In this document: piece by piece, positions 8,101-17,161 of the stretch
Numbering within the stretch: position 1 is the stretch's first letter
Layout: every line of letters starts with the position of its first letter
Assembly (NCBI GenBank): GCA_025340205.1
Contig: CP006868.1
Location: forward strand, 390,001-422,000
Source: Ignicoccus pacificus DSM 13166
Lineage (GTDB): Archaea > Thermoproteota > Thermoprotei_A > Sulfolobales > Ignicoccaceae
DNA length: 32,000 nucleotides
Direction of reading: 5' to 3'
Notes under the pieces: model-generated
What the model was told of the DNA's origin: nothing
What the model saw: only the letters and a program-made list of their open reading frames with translations
Databases searched by the model: none
Made by a program: the position numbers and the translations under genes

Positions 8101-8514
8101 GTGGGCTACCCTTTGAACCGCTACCGTTTTTACGTAATGGAGTGGGCCAATTCGATTTATTATAAGTTCAGAGGGGTGGCCATGAGTATAGTTATTGACA
8201 ACACCAACCTAACTCCCGATCATCCGGACTTCGTTCCCTTCTTCGTTCACGTCCTCCTCGAGCTGGCGAGGGACGGCTTCCTAGAGCTGAACAGAGAGGG
8301 AAGCGAGTCCGATGCCCCAGGTTACGTATCCTCCTACGCCTTCGTAGCGGATCTTTACTATGAAGAGCTTAAGGACAAGCTAACCAAGATAGTTTCATTG
8401 ATGGTAAGGAACGGAAGTCTGTGGAGGCTCTACGAGCAAGTGAAGAGTATAGGATACTCCCACGACAGCATCGTCCCCCTTCAAGTTATCAACGTACTGA
8501 AGAACACCAACTGA
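8101..8514 (+). CDS. hypothetical protein (likely true start at ATG 8182)
   Basis: The ORF has an internal ATG at 8182 preceded by GAGGGGTGG, which is SD-like. No family recognised. Confidence 0.4.
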   Translation: MGYPLNRYRFYVMEWANSIYYKFRGVAMSIVIDNTNLTPDHPDFVPFFVHVLLELARDGFLELNREGSESDAPGYVSSYAFVADLYYEELKDKLTKIVSLMVRNGSLWRLYEQVKSIGYSHDSIVPLQVINVLKNTN

Positions 8515-8516
8515 GG

Positions 8517-9341
8517 TCATCTTCTTCTCTTTACGAACCTAAGTAGGTCCTTCTCAAGCCACTTGGGATCGACCATGCTGCACTTCCCATCGAGCACTCC
8601 TCTTATGATCCTTTCCTCGGCACTCTTCAAGTCCCCACTTAGTAGTTCCTCCAAGTTCATTTCTATACAGTAAGGTAGGAAGTCTTTGCAGTCGCTTCTT
8701 CCGACTTCCACGCACTTCAAGTAAGCCCTAAGTTGCCTCATAACGAGGCTTTCCCCATTGTATTCCCTTCTTAATATGTTCTCAAGATAATCCTTTCTCC
8801 TTTTTCTAAGCATCTCTTCTAAGATCTTATACATAGCGAGCAAGAATTTCCTCGTAAACCAAGGTCCCTCTTTTTCGATTGTATTCCTCACGCATATTAA
8901 TAGCGGCCTCATGCAAAGGAATGAGTAGACGATGTAGCCTCCGAACATATCGTAGATGTAGTCGAAATCGATAAAGCCACGGTAGGTTAGGTAGCCTACT
9001 CTGTTCATCTCAGCGCTTGCCCCTCTTATGAAGGATGTGACGTCCAAATTGCCCTTTAGACAGTCAACTAGAAGTTCATGAGAATAATATTTACAAGCTC
9101 TATCTACGTTCTTCTTATGCTCTTGAAAATTAAATATGTCGTACACCTTTATCAATGCCTCAAATTTCATCTGCTTTAATGATATATCCAGCTCTTTCAC
9201 CATTATTGCCATTGCCACGGTAGCCGCTGCAGTAATGGTCCCCATTACTACGTCAGCTAAGCTAGGAGAAGATCTCCAAAGAGCGATCCCCAACGATATA
9301 ATTATGATCGAAAGGGTTAGAGCCAATAACTCCGCTCTCAA
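8517..9341 (-). CDS. hypothetical membrane-anchored protein (2 N-terminal TM plus cytoplasmic helical domain)
   Basis: 274-aa ORF in an AT-rich patch. N-terminal helices are LLALTLSIIIISLGIAL and GTITAAATVAMAIMV. The architecture vaguely recalls DUF4760-type proteins; this is unverified. It lies 19 nt downstream of the wHTH gene on the same strand. Confidence 0.55.
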   Translation of the reverse strand: MRAELLALTLSIIIISLGIALWRSSPSLADVVMGTITAAATVAMAIMVKELDISLKQMKFEALIKVYDIFNFQEHKKNVDRACKYYSHELLVDCLKGNLDVTSFIRGASAEMNRVGYLTYRGFIDFDYIYDMFGGYIVYSFLCMRPLLICVRNTIEKEGPWFTRKFLLAMYKILEEMLRKRRKDYLENILRREYNGESLVMRQLRAYLKCVEVGRSDCKDFLPYCIEMNLEELLSGDLKSAEERIIRGVLDGKCSMVDPKWLEKDLLRFVKRRR

Positions 9342-9360
9342 GGAGGACTCCTAATCTTTT

Positions 9361-9939
9361 TCATTTCCCTATCCTTAACAAGAGCTCCCCCAATCTGCTC
9401 AGCTTGTAGTACTTGTGTAAGCACCTCGTCTCCCTCTTCGCCTTCGCCTTTCTATGCTTAGCCTTGAGTACCTTCGGCTTCGTCTCGACGATTAGGCCCA
9501 GTTCAACGCACCTATCCAATAGCTCTTGAGCCTCATCCTTAGTAATTGATAACCTCTTTGCTATCATTATTAGATGTTCGTGCTCGGCTCTCTTCAAGAA
9601 CTCCAACAGCTCATAAGCCTTATCCGATCCGACGCTTTCGTTCAAGGCTTTCCTTAGGTCATCCCTCGTCCTCTTCCATGCCTCCTTCCCCTTTGAAGTC
9701 AATGTATAGTATGTGTGATGCTTCCTCACCTCGTGGCTCAGCTTGAGCTTGGCGTCGGTGTTCTTTATGGCAGATCCGCTTACCCTTTCCACATAACCTT
9801 TCCTCTCCATGTCCTCTAGGGCATCAACCACGACGGCTATGGGCACCTCCGTTACCTTTGTTATTGACTTTGCGTAGTCACATTTAGCCTTCCTTAAGTG
9901 GTAAAGTAAGTAGAGCTGAAGGGGAGTGAGGTCCACCAA
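9361..9939 (-). CDS. winged-helix DNA-binding protein (two wHTH-like modules, basic linker)
   Basis: The N-terminal module (LQLYLLYHLRKAKCDYAKSITKVTEVPIAVVVDALEDMERKGYVERV...HHTYYTLTSKG) is MarR/PadR-like. A second module is IAKRLSITKDEAQELLDRCVELGLIV. A Lys/Arg-rich stretch KAKHRKAKAKR links them. Confidence 0.6.
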   Translation of the reverse strand: MVDLTPLQLYLLYHLRKAKCDYAKSITKVTEVPIAVVVDALEDMERKGYVERVSGSAIKNTDAKLKLSHEVRKHHTYYTLTSKGKEAWKRTRDDLRKALNESVGSDKAYELLEFLKRAEHEHLIMIAKRLSITKDEAQELLDRCVELGLIVETKPKVLKAKHRKAKAKRETRCLHKYYKLSRLGELLLRIGK

Positions 9940-9993
9940 ATATCCCTTCCTAACCCTCTAGATCCCCTCTATTAGCGTCGGAGCGAGGGGAGG

Positions 9994-10761
9994 ATGAGGA
10001 AGGGAGCGCTCTACGTTTACTCCGCCGCAGCCCTCTGGTCGACCATAGGTCCCGCCTCCCTCGGAGACCCTTGGTCGGTCTCCTTCTTCCGACTGATATT
10101 CGCTGGAATTGCTTCGGCTAGGTTCTTCAAGCCCTCGAAGGACTTGACGCTCTTAGGCTTAATAATATTTCCTTTCTACGTAAGCTACGTGCTAAGCGTA
10201 AACACGGTCGGAGTAACCTTAGCAGTAGCGATGCTCTACACAGCCCCAGCTTGGGTGTCCCTCGTGGAAAAGCTCGAGGGAAGGGGATCCATCCTTCCCG
10301 CCCTCTTAGCCTCCCTCGGAGTCTACTTGCTCACGGGAGCTCCTAAGCTCAAGGAGAACTTCCTGATAGCTCTCCTTCCCGGCTTGCTCTACGCCTCACT
10401 CATACTTTATAGCAAGAAGCTTTTGAACGAGTGGAACGAGGAGGACTTGCTTTCCGGGAACGTCTACGCTTCCGTCTTATCGCTATCATTGATTCCACTG
10501 GTCAAGCTTAACTTGAGACCTCTGCTTTCAGGGCTCTACTTGGGAGTGATCTGCTCCACCTTGGCTTACTTGCTTTTCTACAGAGGACTGAAGGAGGTGG
10601 AGGCTTGGTACGCGAGCGTGGCGGCGACGTTGGAGCCCTTGTTGGCCTCCCTCTGGGGATTCCTTTTAGGAGAAAGGATTTCCTTGATCTCTTGGGGAGG
10701 GTTTGGTCTAATCTTGCTCTCACAAGGAATAGCTTACAAGGAGGAGCTCAGTCGTACATGA
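9994..10761 (+). CDS. EamA/DMT-family transporter
   Basis: 255 aa, polytopic, EamA-like. ATG preceded by GAGGGGAGG. Confidence 0.7.
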   Translation: MRKGALYVYSAAALWSTIGPASLGDPWSVSFFRLIFAGIASARFFKPSKDLTLLGLIIFPFYVSYVLSVNTVGVTLAVAMLYTAPAWVSLVEKLEGRGSILPALLASLGVYLLTGAPKLKENFLIALLPGLLYASLILYSKKLLNEWNEEDLLSGNVYASVLSLSLIPLVKLNLRPLLSGLYLGVICSTLAYLLFYRGLKEVEAWYASVAATLEPLLASLWGFLLGERISLISWGGFGLILLSQGIAYKEELSRT

Positions 10762-11698
10762 GTCTTGGATCGTCCCAGTACTCGCTCACGTCGCAAGCGT
10801 CCTCCCCGAGGAAACTCTTAACCTTCAGCGTGCCGTCATTATCTATTATTATCAAGTTTGAGTCGTACCTTCCCCTTTCGCAGAGTTTCTGGAAGCTCAT
10901 CTTGATTACCTCCAGCGATTGGGTTGTCATAGTTACCTTCTTCCTCGACTCTACCATCCACTCTAACGCCTTATCCAACAGCTCAGGGTGCATGGCCGTC
11001 TCTAACTCGTCTATGAACAAGTGGTTTATCTCTGGGGAACTCAAGTATATCTTCAAGGCAAAGGCCCTCTGAAGCCCTCTTCCGGCGGAGTAGAAGCAGT
11101 ACTCCTTCTCCCTATCCTTTCTAACCTCCTTGACGAATATCGCGTCCTCTCCCCAAGGGTTCTTCCTTAAAACAAGCTCGTAGGTTACGTCACTCAAGCT
11201 TATCTTGAGATCCTTCACCTTACCTATCTCCGGTAAGGTATACTTCGCTACCCCCTCTATGGTCTCGAGGGGAATTATGCAAGGAGTTAAGACAGCCAAG
11301 CCCTTCTTATTATTATCATCGCATCCCTCGAACTCATGCTTTATTCCCTCCTTGGTAACGTCTATTCTTAAGGCACATCCGTTTGAAGCCTTGAAGGTCA
11401 GAAGCGCCCCCTTCTCGTTTATTTCCTTTTTCAAATCGACCCACTTCCCTCCTAACTCTATCCTGGCCCTATCGTTGGGAAGGGAGGAGATCAAGGATCT
11501 CCTTAGATCTCCCCTAGCTGCAAAGAGAACCAAGTAGATGGGGAAGGAGCCCGGCGCCTCGTGGAGGAGGGTTAGGGTGGCGTAAGCTTCCAGTATGGTA
11601 CTCTTCCCGCTACCGTTCGGGCCCACGAGAACGTTGAAGTCGCTGATCGGAAGTTCTCCCTTAATCCCCCTGAAGCCTTCTATTTTCAGGCTGTCCAT
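10748..11698 (-). CDS. ABC/SMC-like AAA ATPase (AAA_15/AAA_21 class), no fused effector domain
   Basis: Starts IEGFRGI..., as in RecF/SMC-type proteins. Walker A is GPNGSGKST. The signature-like motif is YSAGRGLQRAF. Walker B/D-loop is HLFIDELETAMHP. The H-loop position reads TMTTQS. Confidence 0.8.
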   Translation of the reverse strand: MDSLKIEGFRGIKGELPISDFNVLVGPNGSGKSTILEAYATLTLLHEAPGSFPIYLVLFAARGDLRRSLISSLPNDRARIELGGKWVDLKKEINEKGALLTFKASNGCALRIDVTKEGIKHEFEGCDDNNKKGLAVLTPCIIPLETIEGVAKYTLPEIGKVKDLKISLSDVTYELVLRKNPWGEDAIFVKEVRKDREKEYCFYSAGRGLQRAFALKIYLSSPEINHLFIDELETAMHPELLDKALEWMVESRKKVTMTTQSLEVIKMSFQKLCERGRYDSNLIIIDNDGTLKVKSFLGEDACDVSEYWDDPRLMYD

Positions 11699-11958
11699 AG
11701 TTTCCTTTTCACCGATTGCACTGAGGAACCGAGGTAGAATACGGAAGGCGTTGAGATGGGTTGCATTACTTCTATAAAAATTGGCGCTCTGTTTTGTGCT
11801 ACAGAATAATTAACGGCGTACAAGCCTTCGCTAGGAGCCCTTTCGTGCCTTATATCCTCTCCTCTGGATCCTTTGAGTTGGCACCTAACCGTTTTGACGA
11901 TGAACCTTACCTACCCACCTAAATTCCTCGTACCTTCAACTCTTACAAGGGGACGGAA

Positions 11959-12672
11959 TTGGCTTACAGAGCGATAATAGACGGCTTTGAATTCATCCTG
12001 GACGAGGGTATAGCGATCACTCCCAAGGGAGTGATCGAAGGGACTCCGAGGACCTTTGGAGAGCTCGGGGACGTCATGGTCAAGAAGGGGGAGGAGGGGA
12101 AGGTAGCTTACTGGATGTTTAGAGACGTGCTACCGGTTCCCGTGGGAGGGCTTAGAGGAGACGTGACCTTGGTCCTTCCCGGAAGACTTCCTTCTGGAGA
12201 GTTCATCAAGACCCACGGTCACTACCACCCGGAAGGCCCTTGGGGGAGGTGGCCGGAGCTCTACGGAGTGGTCAAGGGAGAGGTCCTCTTCATACTCCAA
12301 GACCTCAAGGGAAGGAGGGTCATGCTGGTTCCAGTTAGAGAAGGAGAGCTGATTATGGTTCCTCCCGGTTACGGACACGTAATGGTAAACCATAAGGATG
12401 AAGCGGCCATAACCTTCAACTACGTGAGCAGACTCTTCAGCTCCGTTTACGGCCCCTACAAGGAGAAGAAGGGGGCTTCCGTTTACGTCTATCCTTCCGA
12501 GGAGGGCTTTAGGGTAGTTAGAAACCCGAACTACGAGGTCGAGGAGGTGCTCTGGTGCAAGCCCCTTCCATTATACATAAAGGAGCCGATCCTCCACTTG
12601 GCCTTCAAGCCCCATGAAGAGGAGTGGTTTAAGTGCGAGGAGCGCTTAAGGGTTGAAGACTTTCCTCGCTAA
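11959..12672 (+). CDS. pgiA: cupin-type glucose-6-phosphate isomerase-like protein
   Basis: The segments KTHGHYHP...PELYGVVKGEVLFILQ, MVPPGYGHVMVN and VVRNPNY line up with the Pyrococcus cPGI segments TKGHFH...AEVYVALKG..MLLQ, VPPYWAHRTVN and VVDNPRW as I recall them. Confidence 0.7.
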   Translation: MAYRAIIDGFEFILDEGIAITPKGVIEGTPRTFGELGDVMVKKGEEGKVAYWMFRDVLPVPVGGLRGDVTLVLPGRLPSGEFIKTHGHYHPEGPWGRWPELYGVVKGEVLFILQDLKGRRVMLVPVREGELIMVPPGYGHVMVNHKDEAAITFNYVSRLFSSVYGPYKEKKGASVYVYPSEEGFRVVRNPNYEVEEVLWCKPLPLYIKEPILHLAFKPHEEEWFKCEERLRVEDFPR

Positions 12673-12711
12673 TATTACCCTCTCCTCCCCTTCCTCCCGG
12701 GGATCTTTCCT

Positions 12712-13941
12712 TTGGAAGACCTCGATAAGTACGTTGAGATGTTGGAGAAGGGCGAGATAAGCCTTAGCCAGCTCGATAAGCTCTTGGGCAATGCAAATCT
12801 AGCCGCATTGGTCAGGAGGAGGTTCTTGGAGAAGAGGACCGGGAAGGTGTTCTCCGCAATTGCCTCTACCTTGTTAGACTTCGAGGAGCTCGTGGGAAGG
12901 AATATAGAGAATCCCATAGGAGCCGTTCAAATTCCCTTGGGAGTAGCTGGCCCCCTTAAGGTCGAGGGAGACTACGCTAAGGGGGAGTACTTCGTTCCTC
13001 TGGCAACCCATGAAGGAGCTTTGGTTGCCTCTATTAATAGAGGATGCAAGGGGATAACCCTCTCGGGAGGCGCCAAGGCGAAGGTAATCAAGGACGGAAT
13101 GGCTAGGGCCCCAGTCTTCGAGGTTCCCGATATTAAGACCGCCTACGAGCTGGTGGAGTGGGTCAAGGAGCACTTCGATGAGATAAAGAGAGAAGCCGAG
13201 AGCACTACCAGGCACGGAAAGCTCAAGGAGATACAGCCGTTCATACTTGGCAACAACGTGTGGCTAAGGTTCGTCTACTTCACCGGAGATGCTATGGGAA
13301 TGAACATGGCTACTATTGCAACAGATAAAGCTTGTGAATACATAGAGAAGGAGTTCGGAAAGGCAAAGTGCTTGGCGTTATCCGGGAACATGTGCGTCGA
13401 CAAGAAGCCTGCTCACTTGAACGTGCTCTTGGGAAGGGGAAAGACCGTGGTGGCTGAAGCGGTAATCAAGAAGGAAGTGCTGGAGAAGGTGTTCAAGACT
13501 GATGCGAAGACTGTTCATGAGGTCAACTTGAAGAAGAACTTGCTCGGGAGCGCCTACGCCGGCTCCTACTCCTTCAACGCGCACTTCGCTAACATAATTG
13601 CCGCTATCTTCTTGGCAACCGGTCAAGACGCGGCTCAAGTGGTCGAGAGCTCGATGGGCTTCACCCATACCGAGGTCAGAGGAGAGGACCTCTACATCTC
13701 GGTGACCCTTCCAAGTCTAGAGATAGGAACCGTGGGAGGGGGCACAAGGCTACCCACCCAGAGGGAGGCCTTGGAGATCTTGGGAGTGGCAGGAGGAGGC
13801 GATCCTCCCGGAACTAACGCCTTGAAGTTCGCCGAGATAGTGGCCTCAGCCGTCTTGGCAGGGGAGCTGAACTTGCTAGCTGCTCTAGCAGCTAGGCAGT
13901 TAGCGAAGGCCCACGAGAGGCTCGGAAGGGGAAAGAAGTAG
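12712..13941 (+). CDS. hmgA: 3-hydroxy-3-methylglutaryl-CoA reductase (class I, archaeal)
   Basis: Diagnostic blocks: [52 protein letters not shown]. Confidence 0.95.
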   Translation: MEDLDKYVEMLEKGEISLSQLDKLLGNANLAALVRRRFLEKRTGKVFSAIASTLLDFEELVGRNIENPIGAVQIPLGVAGPLKVEGDYAKGEYFVPLATHEGALVASINRGCKGITLSGGAKAKVIKDGMARAPVFEVPDIKTAYELVEWVKEHFDEIKREAESTTRHGKLKEIQPFILGNNVWLRFVYFTGDAMGMNMATIATDKACEYIEKEFGKAKCLALSGNMCVDKKPAHLNVLLGRGKTVVAEAVIKKEVLEKVFKTDAKTVHEVNLKKNLLGSAYAGSYSFNAHFANIIAAIFLATGQDAAQVVESSMGFTHTEVRGEDLYISVTLPSLEIGTVGGGTRLPTQREALEILGVAGGGDPPGTNALKFAEIVASAVLAGELNLLAALAARQLAKAHERLGRGKK

Positions 13942-13962
13942 TTTTAGACACTCCTAAAGTTC

Positions 13963-14709
13963 GTGAAGCGGTACAGCGAAGTGCTATGGATCGAAGGAGC
14001 TCTAGCGGGACTGCTGAGCGGTCTGGTGGCGGCCCTTTTCGGCATTGGAGGAGGAGCTGTAGCAATACCAATAATGATATTCCTCCTGGGAATACCTCCC
14101 TCCTACGCCGTAGGCACGAACTCGGTAATAATAATAGCAAGCACTTCCCTCTCGGCCTTATTTCACATGAGACAAGGAACGCTTAGGAAAGAGGGTATCT
14201 ACTTGGGAATAGGGGGAGCTATAGGGTCCCTCATAGGCAACTGGCTCTTCTTCTTAGCAGCCAAAAGTGGTTTAATGGAAAAGGTATTAGCAATATTATT
14301 CATATTAGTTGCTATAATGATGCTCTTGAGTCCTAGGGGAAGGAAGAAGGAAGTGCCCCCGAAGGACAAGCTCTTCCTCTCCGGCCTGGCCCTTGGAGTG
14401 TTCGCCGGTCTGGCTGGAATGAGCGGGGGAATATTCATCAATCCTCTCTTGGTCTTACTCTTCGACTTGGACATAAAGCTTGCTATAGGATTAAGCGTCG
14501 CAGCAATACCAATAACGTCCCTAGTCTCAGCCATCCCCAAGGTCATGTGGGGATACGTTCTCTGGCCTGTAGCGATAAGCTTCATTCCGGGAATAATAAT
14601 CGGGAGCAGGATAGGGGCTAAGCTCATGAAGAGGTGGAGCTCGAAGGTGTTGAGGAAGCTGTTCTCCATATTGATGATATTACTGGGTCTGAAACTCTGG
14701 TTTAAGTGA
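13963..14709 (+). CDS. TauE/SafE (DUF81) family anion exporter
   Basis: 248-aa polytopic protein. Duplicated motif GIGGGAVAIPIMIFLLGIPPSYAVGTNS / GMSGGIFINPLLVLLF, typical of TauE/SafE. Confidence 0.85.
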   Translation: MKRYSEVLWIEGALAGLLSGLVAALFGIGGGAVAIPIMIFLLGIPPSYAVGTNSVIIIASTSLSALFHMRQGTLRKEGIYLGIGGAIGSLIGNWLFFLAAKSGLMEKVLAILFILVAIMMLLSPRGRKKEVPPKDKLFLSGLALGVFAGLAGMSGGIFINPLLVLLFDLDIKLAIGLSVAAIPITSLVSAIPKVMWGYVLWPVAISFIPGIIIGSRIGAKLMKRWSSKVLRKLFSILMILLGLKLWFK

Positions 14710-15155
14710 TCGAACCGGAATGAATAACGGTATTACTATTTCGTATCCTGAGAAGGTCGTCTTCTATGGATCTTTTTAAGTCAACTGCTTTCAAAGATCA
14801 CCATCACTACTTTCATTCCTTATTATTTACACTTCTCAATGATCACACATTAGGACATTTATGGTCTCCTTTCTTCCCTTCACCTTGAGCTCTACTCGTC
14901 TTTGAATATGAATTCTTCAATTCATTTGAAGACCAAGCAATTCTTTCCATTATCACATACATGGGAACGCCGATGATAATAAACTCATTCGTTTGACTAT
15001 TAGTTCCAATTAGGTAATTCTAATTGATTAAAGTAAAGCAAAACTGTTCTCATGAAAGCTTAAGTATTCAGGGTTATTAAGGCAGACAAATCAAGGCAAT
15101 GGGAAAGGAATGGCTTATTAGCTAATGGAAGAGCTAGTTAAATAGGAGAGTCACG
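14710..15155 (+). promoter_or_regulatory. CRISPR leader (446 bp, AT-rich, ORF-free)
   Basis: It lies on the side of the array with perfect repeats, while decayed repeats lie at the far end. It is AT-rich with TATA-like elements (GCTTATTAGC, GTTAAATAGG) within 45 nt of repeat 1. Confidence 0.6.
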
Positions 15156-16061
15156 GAAGAGTCACAATAGTGAATGGAAAGAGTTTGCCCAGGCCCAGCC
15201 CGAAATTGATGTGGATGCCGCCTTGAAGAGTCACAATAGTGAATGGAAAGACTCTATCACGGCTTCGATTAGCTTCTCGCTAGTCATTTCAGAAGAGTCA
15301 CAATAGTGAATGGAAAGTTGGAGGAGAAAAATAGGTGCTTCGAAGATACAGACGAACCCGGGAAGAGTCACAATAGTGAATGGAAAGTATTGGCATAATT
15401 CCCTTCCAAATGCATTCATCTTGGTAGTCAGAAGAGTCACAATAGTGAATGGAAAGCGAACTTGAAGTGGCCGAGCGAGTCCTTGTAGGCCACGAGGAAG
15501 CGCTGAAGAGTCACAATAGTGAATGGAAAGTACGGATGATACGGAGACGGACGGCTTGTCCTCGCCTTCGACGTACGAAGAGTCACAATAGTGAATGGAA
15601 AGCCTGAAGAAGTAGGCATCGGTCTTGTTTTCCTTGTATTCGACCTGAAGAGTCACAATAGTGAATGGAAAGTAGCTCGCTAGCGTAAGGAACGTCTTCG
15701 GGAAGCTCAGAAGAGTCACAATAGTGAATGGAAAGCACATTTTTGCCGTTTCGAACTGCCTAATGCAGAAGCCCAAGTTTGGAAGAGTCACAATAGTGAA
15801 TGGAAAGACTCGTCCCTCTCAATTAGGCGTTCGTAAATGATTTTGGCCAGAAGAGTTACAAGAGTGAATAGAAAGGATAATAAAGTTCCTGGAGGGGATA
15901 GGGGCGAGCCTAGCCAACTTGGGAGAGTTACAATAGTGAATGGAAAAGAACTCTCGGCTCCTATGAGAACTCACAAAAAGTGAATAGAAAGATCTAAAAT
16001 ATCGTCTCTGATACTGTCGAGTAGGGACATCTAAGAAGAAGTTATGATAATAAATAGAAAT
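15156..16061 (+). CRISPR. CRISPR array: 10 identical 26-nt repeats GAAGAGTCACAATAGTGAATGGAAAG plus about 4 progressively decayed repeats
   Basis: Perfect repeats start at 15156, 15225, 15292, 15362, 15431, 15505, 15577, 15647, 15710 and 15782. Decayed copies start at 15850 (3 mismatches), 15922 (3 mismatches), 15965 (indel plus mismatches) and 16035 (about 18/26). Spacers are 37-48 nt, except a 17-nt remnant before the 13th repeat. The repeat ends in ATGGAAAG, close to the ATTGAAAG 8-nt crRNA 5' tag, which fixes + orientation. Confidence 0.95.
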
Positions 16062-16229
16062 TAGCTATGGATCACGAAGTCTCTTGCCAGTACCCTTATC
16101 AATATCCTCTATGGTACAGAATCGCAAGATTCTCCCCTTTCTTGGATAAGGAGAGTTAAGCTGATACAAGAAGGGTTTCGTGTTATTACGTGGAAATATA
16201 TCCACCTAAAATTGAAGATATTTCAGTGC

Positions 16230-16526
16230 TCAAGGTCTTGGAGACTTCACATAGACTCCCTTCTTTCCCTCCCTCTCGATCTCCTCCTTTCTAGGAACCA
16301 AGTAAAGCCAGCTCTCCCCTAAGGTCTCTCCCGGTTTGTCGGGCCTTGAGGGGTTGAGGGCCTCTGAGGGGGTGTACATAGGTTCAAAACCCTCTATCTC
16401 TTCATCCTCGAGGAGTTTTTGGAATAGTTCAACCATCTCGTCCAAGTCCTTCTGAAGCCTCTCGATTTCCCCCTCACTCATCTTTATCTTTGCTAAAGCT
16501 ATAGCCTTCCTCGCGTCAACCTTCAC
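16230..16526 (-). CDS. gatC: Asp/Glu-tRNA amidotransferase subunit C
   Basis: 98 aa. The segments AKIKMSEGEIERLQKDLDEMVELFQKL..., EPMYTP and NPSRPDKPGE follow the GatC pattern (LA.l.l.eeE...), with a ReD-like element. Confidence 0.75.
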   Translation of the reverse strand: MKVDARKAIALAKIKMSEGEIERLQKDLDEMVELFQKLLEDEEIEGFEPMYTPSEALNPSRPDKPGETLGESWLYLVPRKEEIEREGKKGVYVKSPRP

Positions 16527-16836
16527 CTTGGCACACCTCCTTCGCCCACTTCAAGTACTCCGGGAGGACCCTATCCGCCTTCACTCCTATGATCTCTGGA
16601 ACCTCGTAGGGATGGTTCTTCCTTACGAACTCCGTGAGCTCGTCGACCTTTTCCTCTGGGACCTTAGCTACTAACAGTACTTCCTTGTCTTCCTGCATCT
16701 CATTTTTCCAAATGTAGTAGCTCTTAATGCCCGGAACTATCCAGATGCAAGCCGCCAGCCTCTTGGCTATGGCCTCCTTCGCCACCTTCTCCGCGCTCTC
16801 CTCGTCGGGGAAGGTGCTAAAGATGACGTACAGCAA
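16516..16836 (-). CDS. cutA: divalent-cation tolerance protein CutA
   Basis: Matches the CutA1 family over its full length: VIFSTFPDEESAEKVAKEAIAKRLAACIWIVPGIKSYYIWKNEMQEDKEVLL..KNHPYEVPEII. Overlaps gatC by 11 nt. Confidence 0.9.
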   Translation of the reverse strand: MLYVIFSTFPDEESAEKVAKEAIAKRLAACIWIVPGIKSYYIWKNEMQEDKEVLLVAKVPEEKVDELTEFVRKNHPYEVPEIIGVKADRVLPEYLKWAKEVCQGEG

Positions 16837-16912
16837 ACGCCCACCGATAGGAGGAGGGAGGGACTAGTAATAGGAGTTTTGAAGGTCTGCTCCCTAACCG
16901 AGTGGGGAGAGC

Positions 16913-17134
16913 TTGTTCAGATTAGAGGCTCCTAAAGAGCAGTTCGAGAGGCTGAAGGAGGAGTTCAAGGATTTGTACAAGAGGACCTACGGGAGGGAGA
17001 TAAGTGACGAGGAGCTGCTGGAAGTATTAGATGGGAAGAAGGAGATAATTCCGATGACCTACAACATAGCCAAGGCGCTGGAGGAGCTGGCAGATGTATA
17101 CTGGAGGCTCAGGGCCATGGGAATAAAGCTCTGA
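16913..17134 (+). CDS. small hypothetical helical protein
   Basis: 73-aa ORF with TTG start and charged helical composition. No family recognised. Confidence 0.35.
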   Translation: MFRLEAPKEQFERLKEEFKDLYKRTYGREISDEELLEVLDGKKEIIPMTYNIAKALEELADVYWRLRAMGIKL

Positions 17135-17161
17135 GCACCTCTTTAAAGTCCCCTTACCTTC

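Noticed and set aside
10605-11537. Plus-strand ORFs 10605..11072 and 11205..11537 opposite the ATPase gene
   Set aside because: They are antisense shadows of an ORF with unambiguous Walker A, signature and Walker B motifs.
14908-14925. Perfect hairpin ATGAATT-CTTC-AATTCAT within the CRISPR leader
   Set aside because: Short palindromes are expected by chance in AT-rich DNA. There is no second copy or positional logic that I could see.
15231-15791. 186-aa (and nested 60-aa) minus-strand ORFs with a recurring FPFTIVTL peptide
   Set aside because: The periodic peptide is simply the CRISPR repeat translated in reverse. These ORFs are an artefact of the array.
16148-16176. GGAGAGTTA... segment resembling the start of a further decayed CRISPR repeat
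   Set aside because: Only the first 9 nt resemble the repeat variant, overall identity is about 13/26, and spacing from the previous remnant is off-period. I did not extend the array to it.
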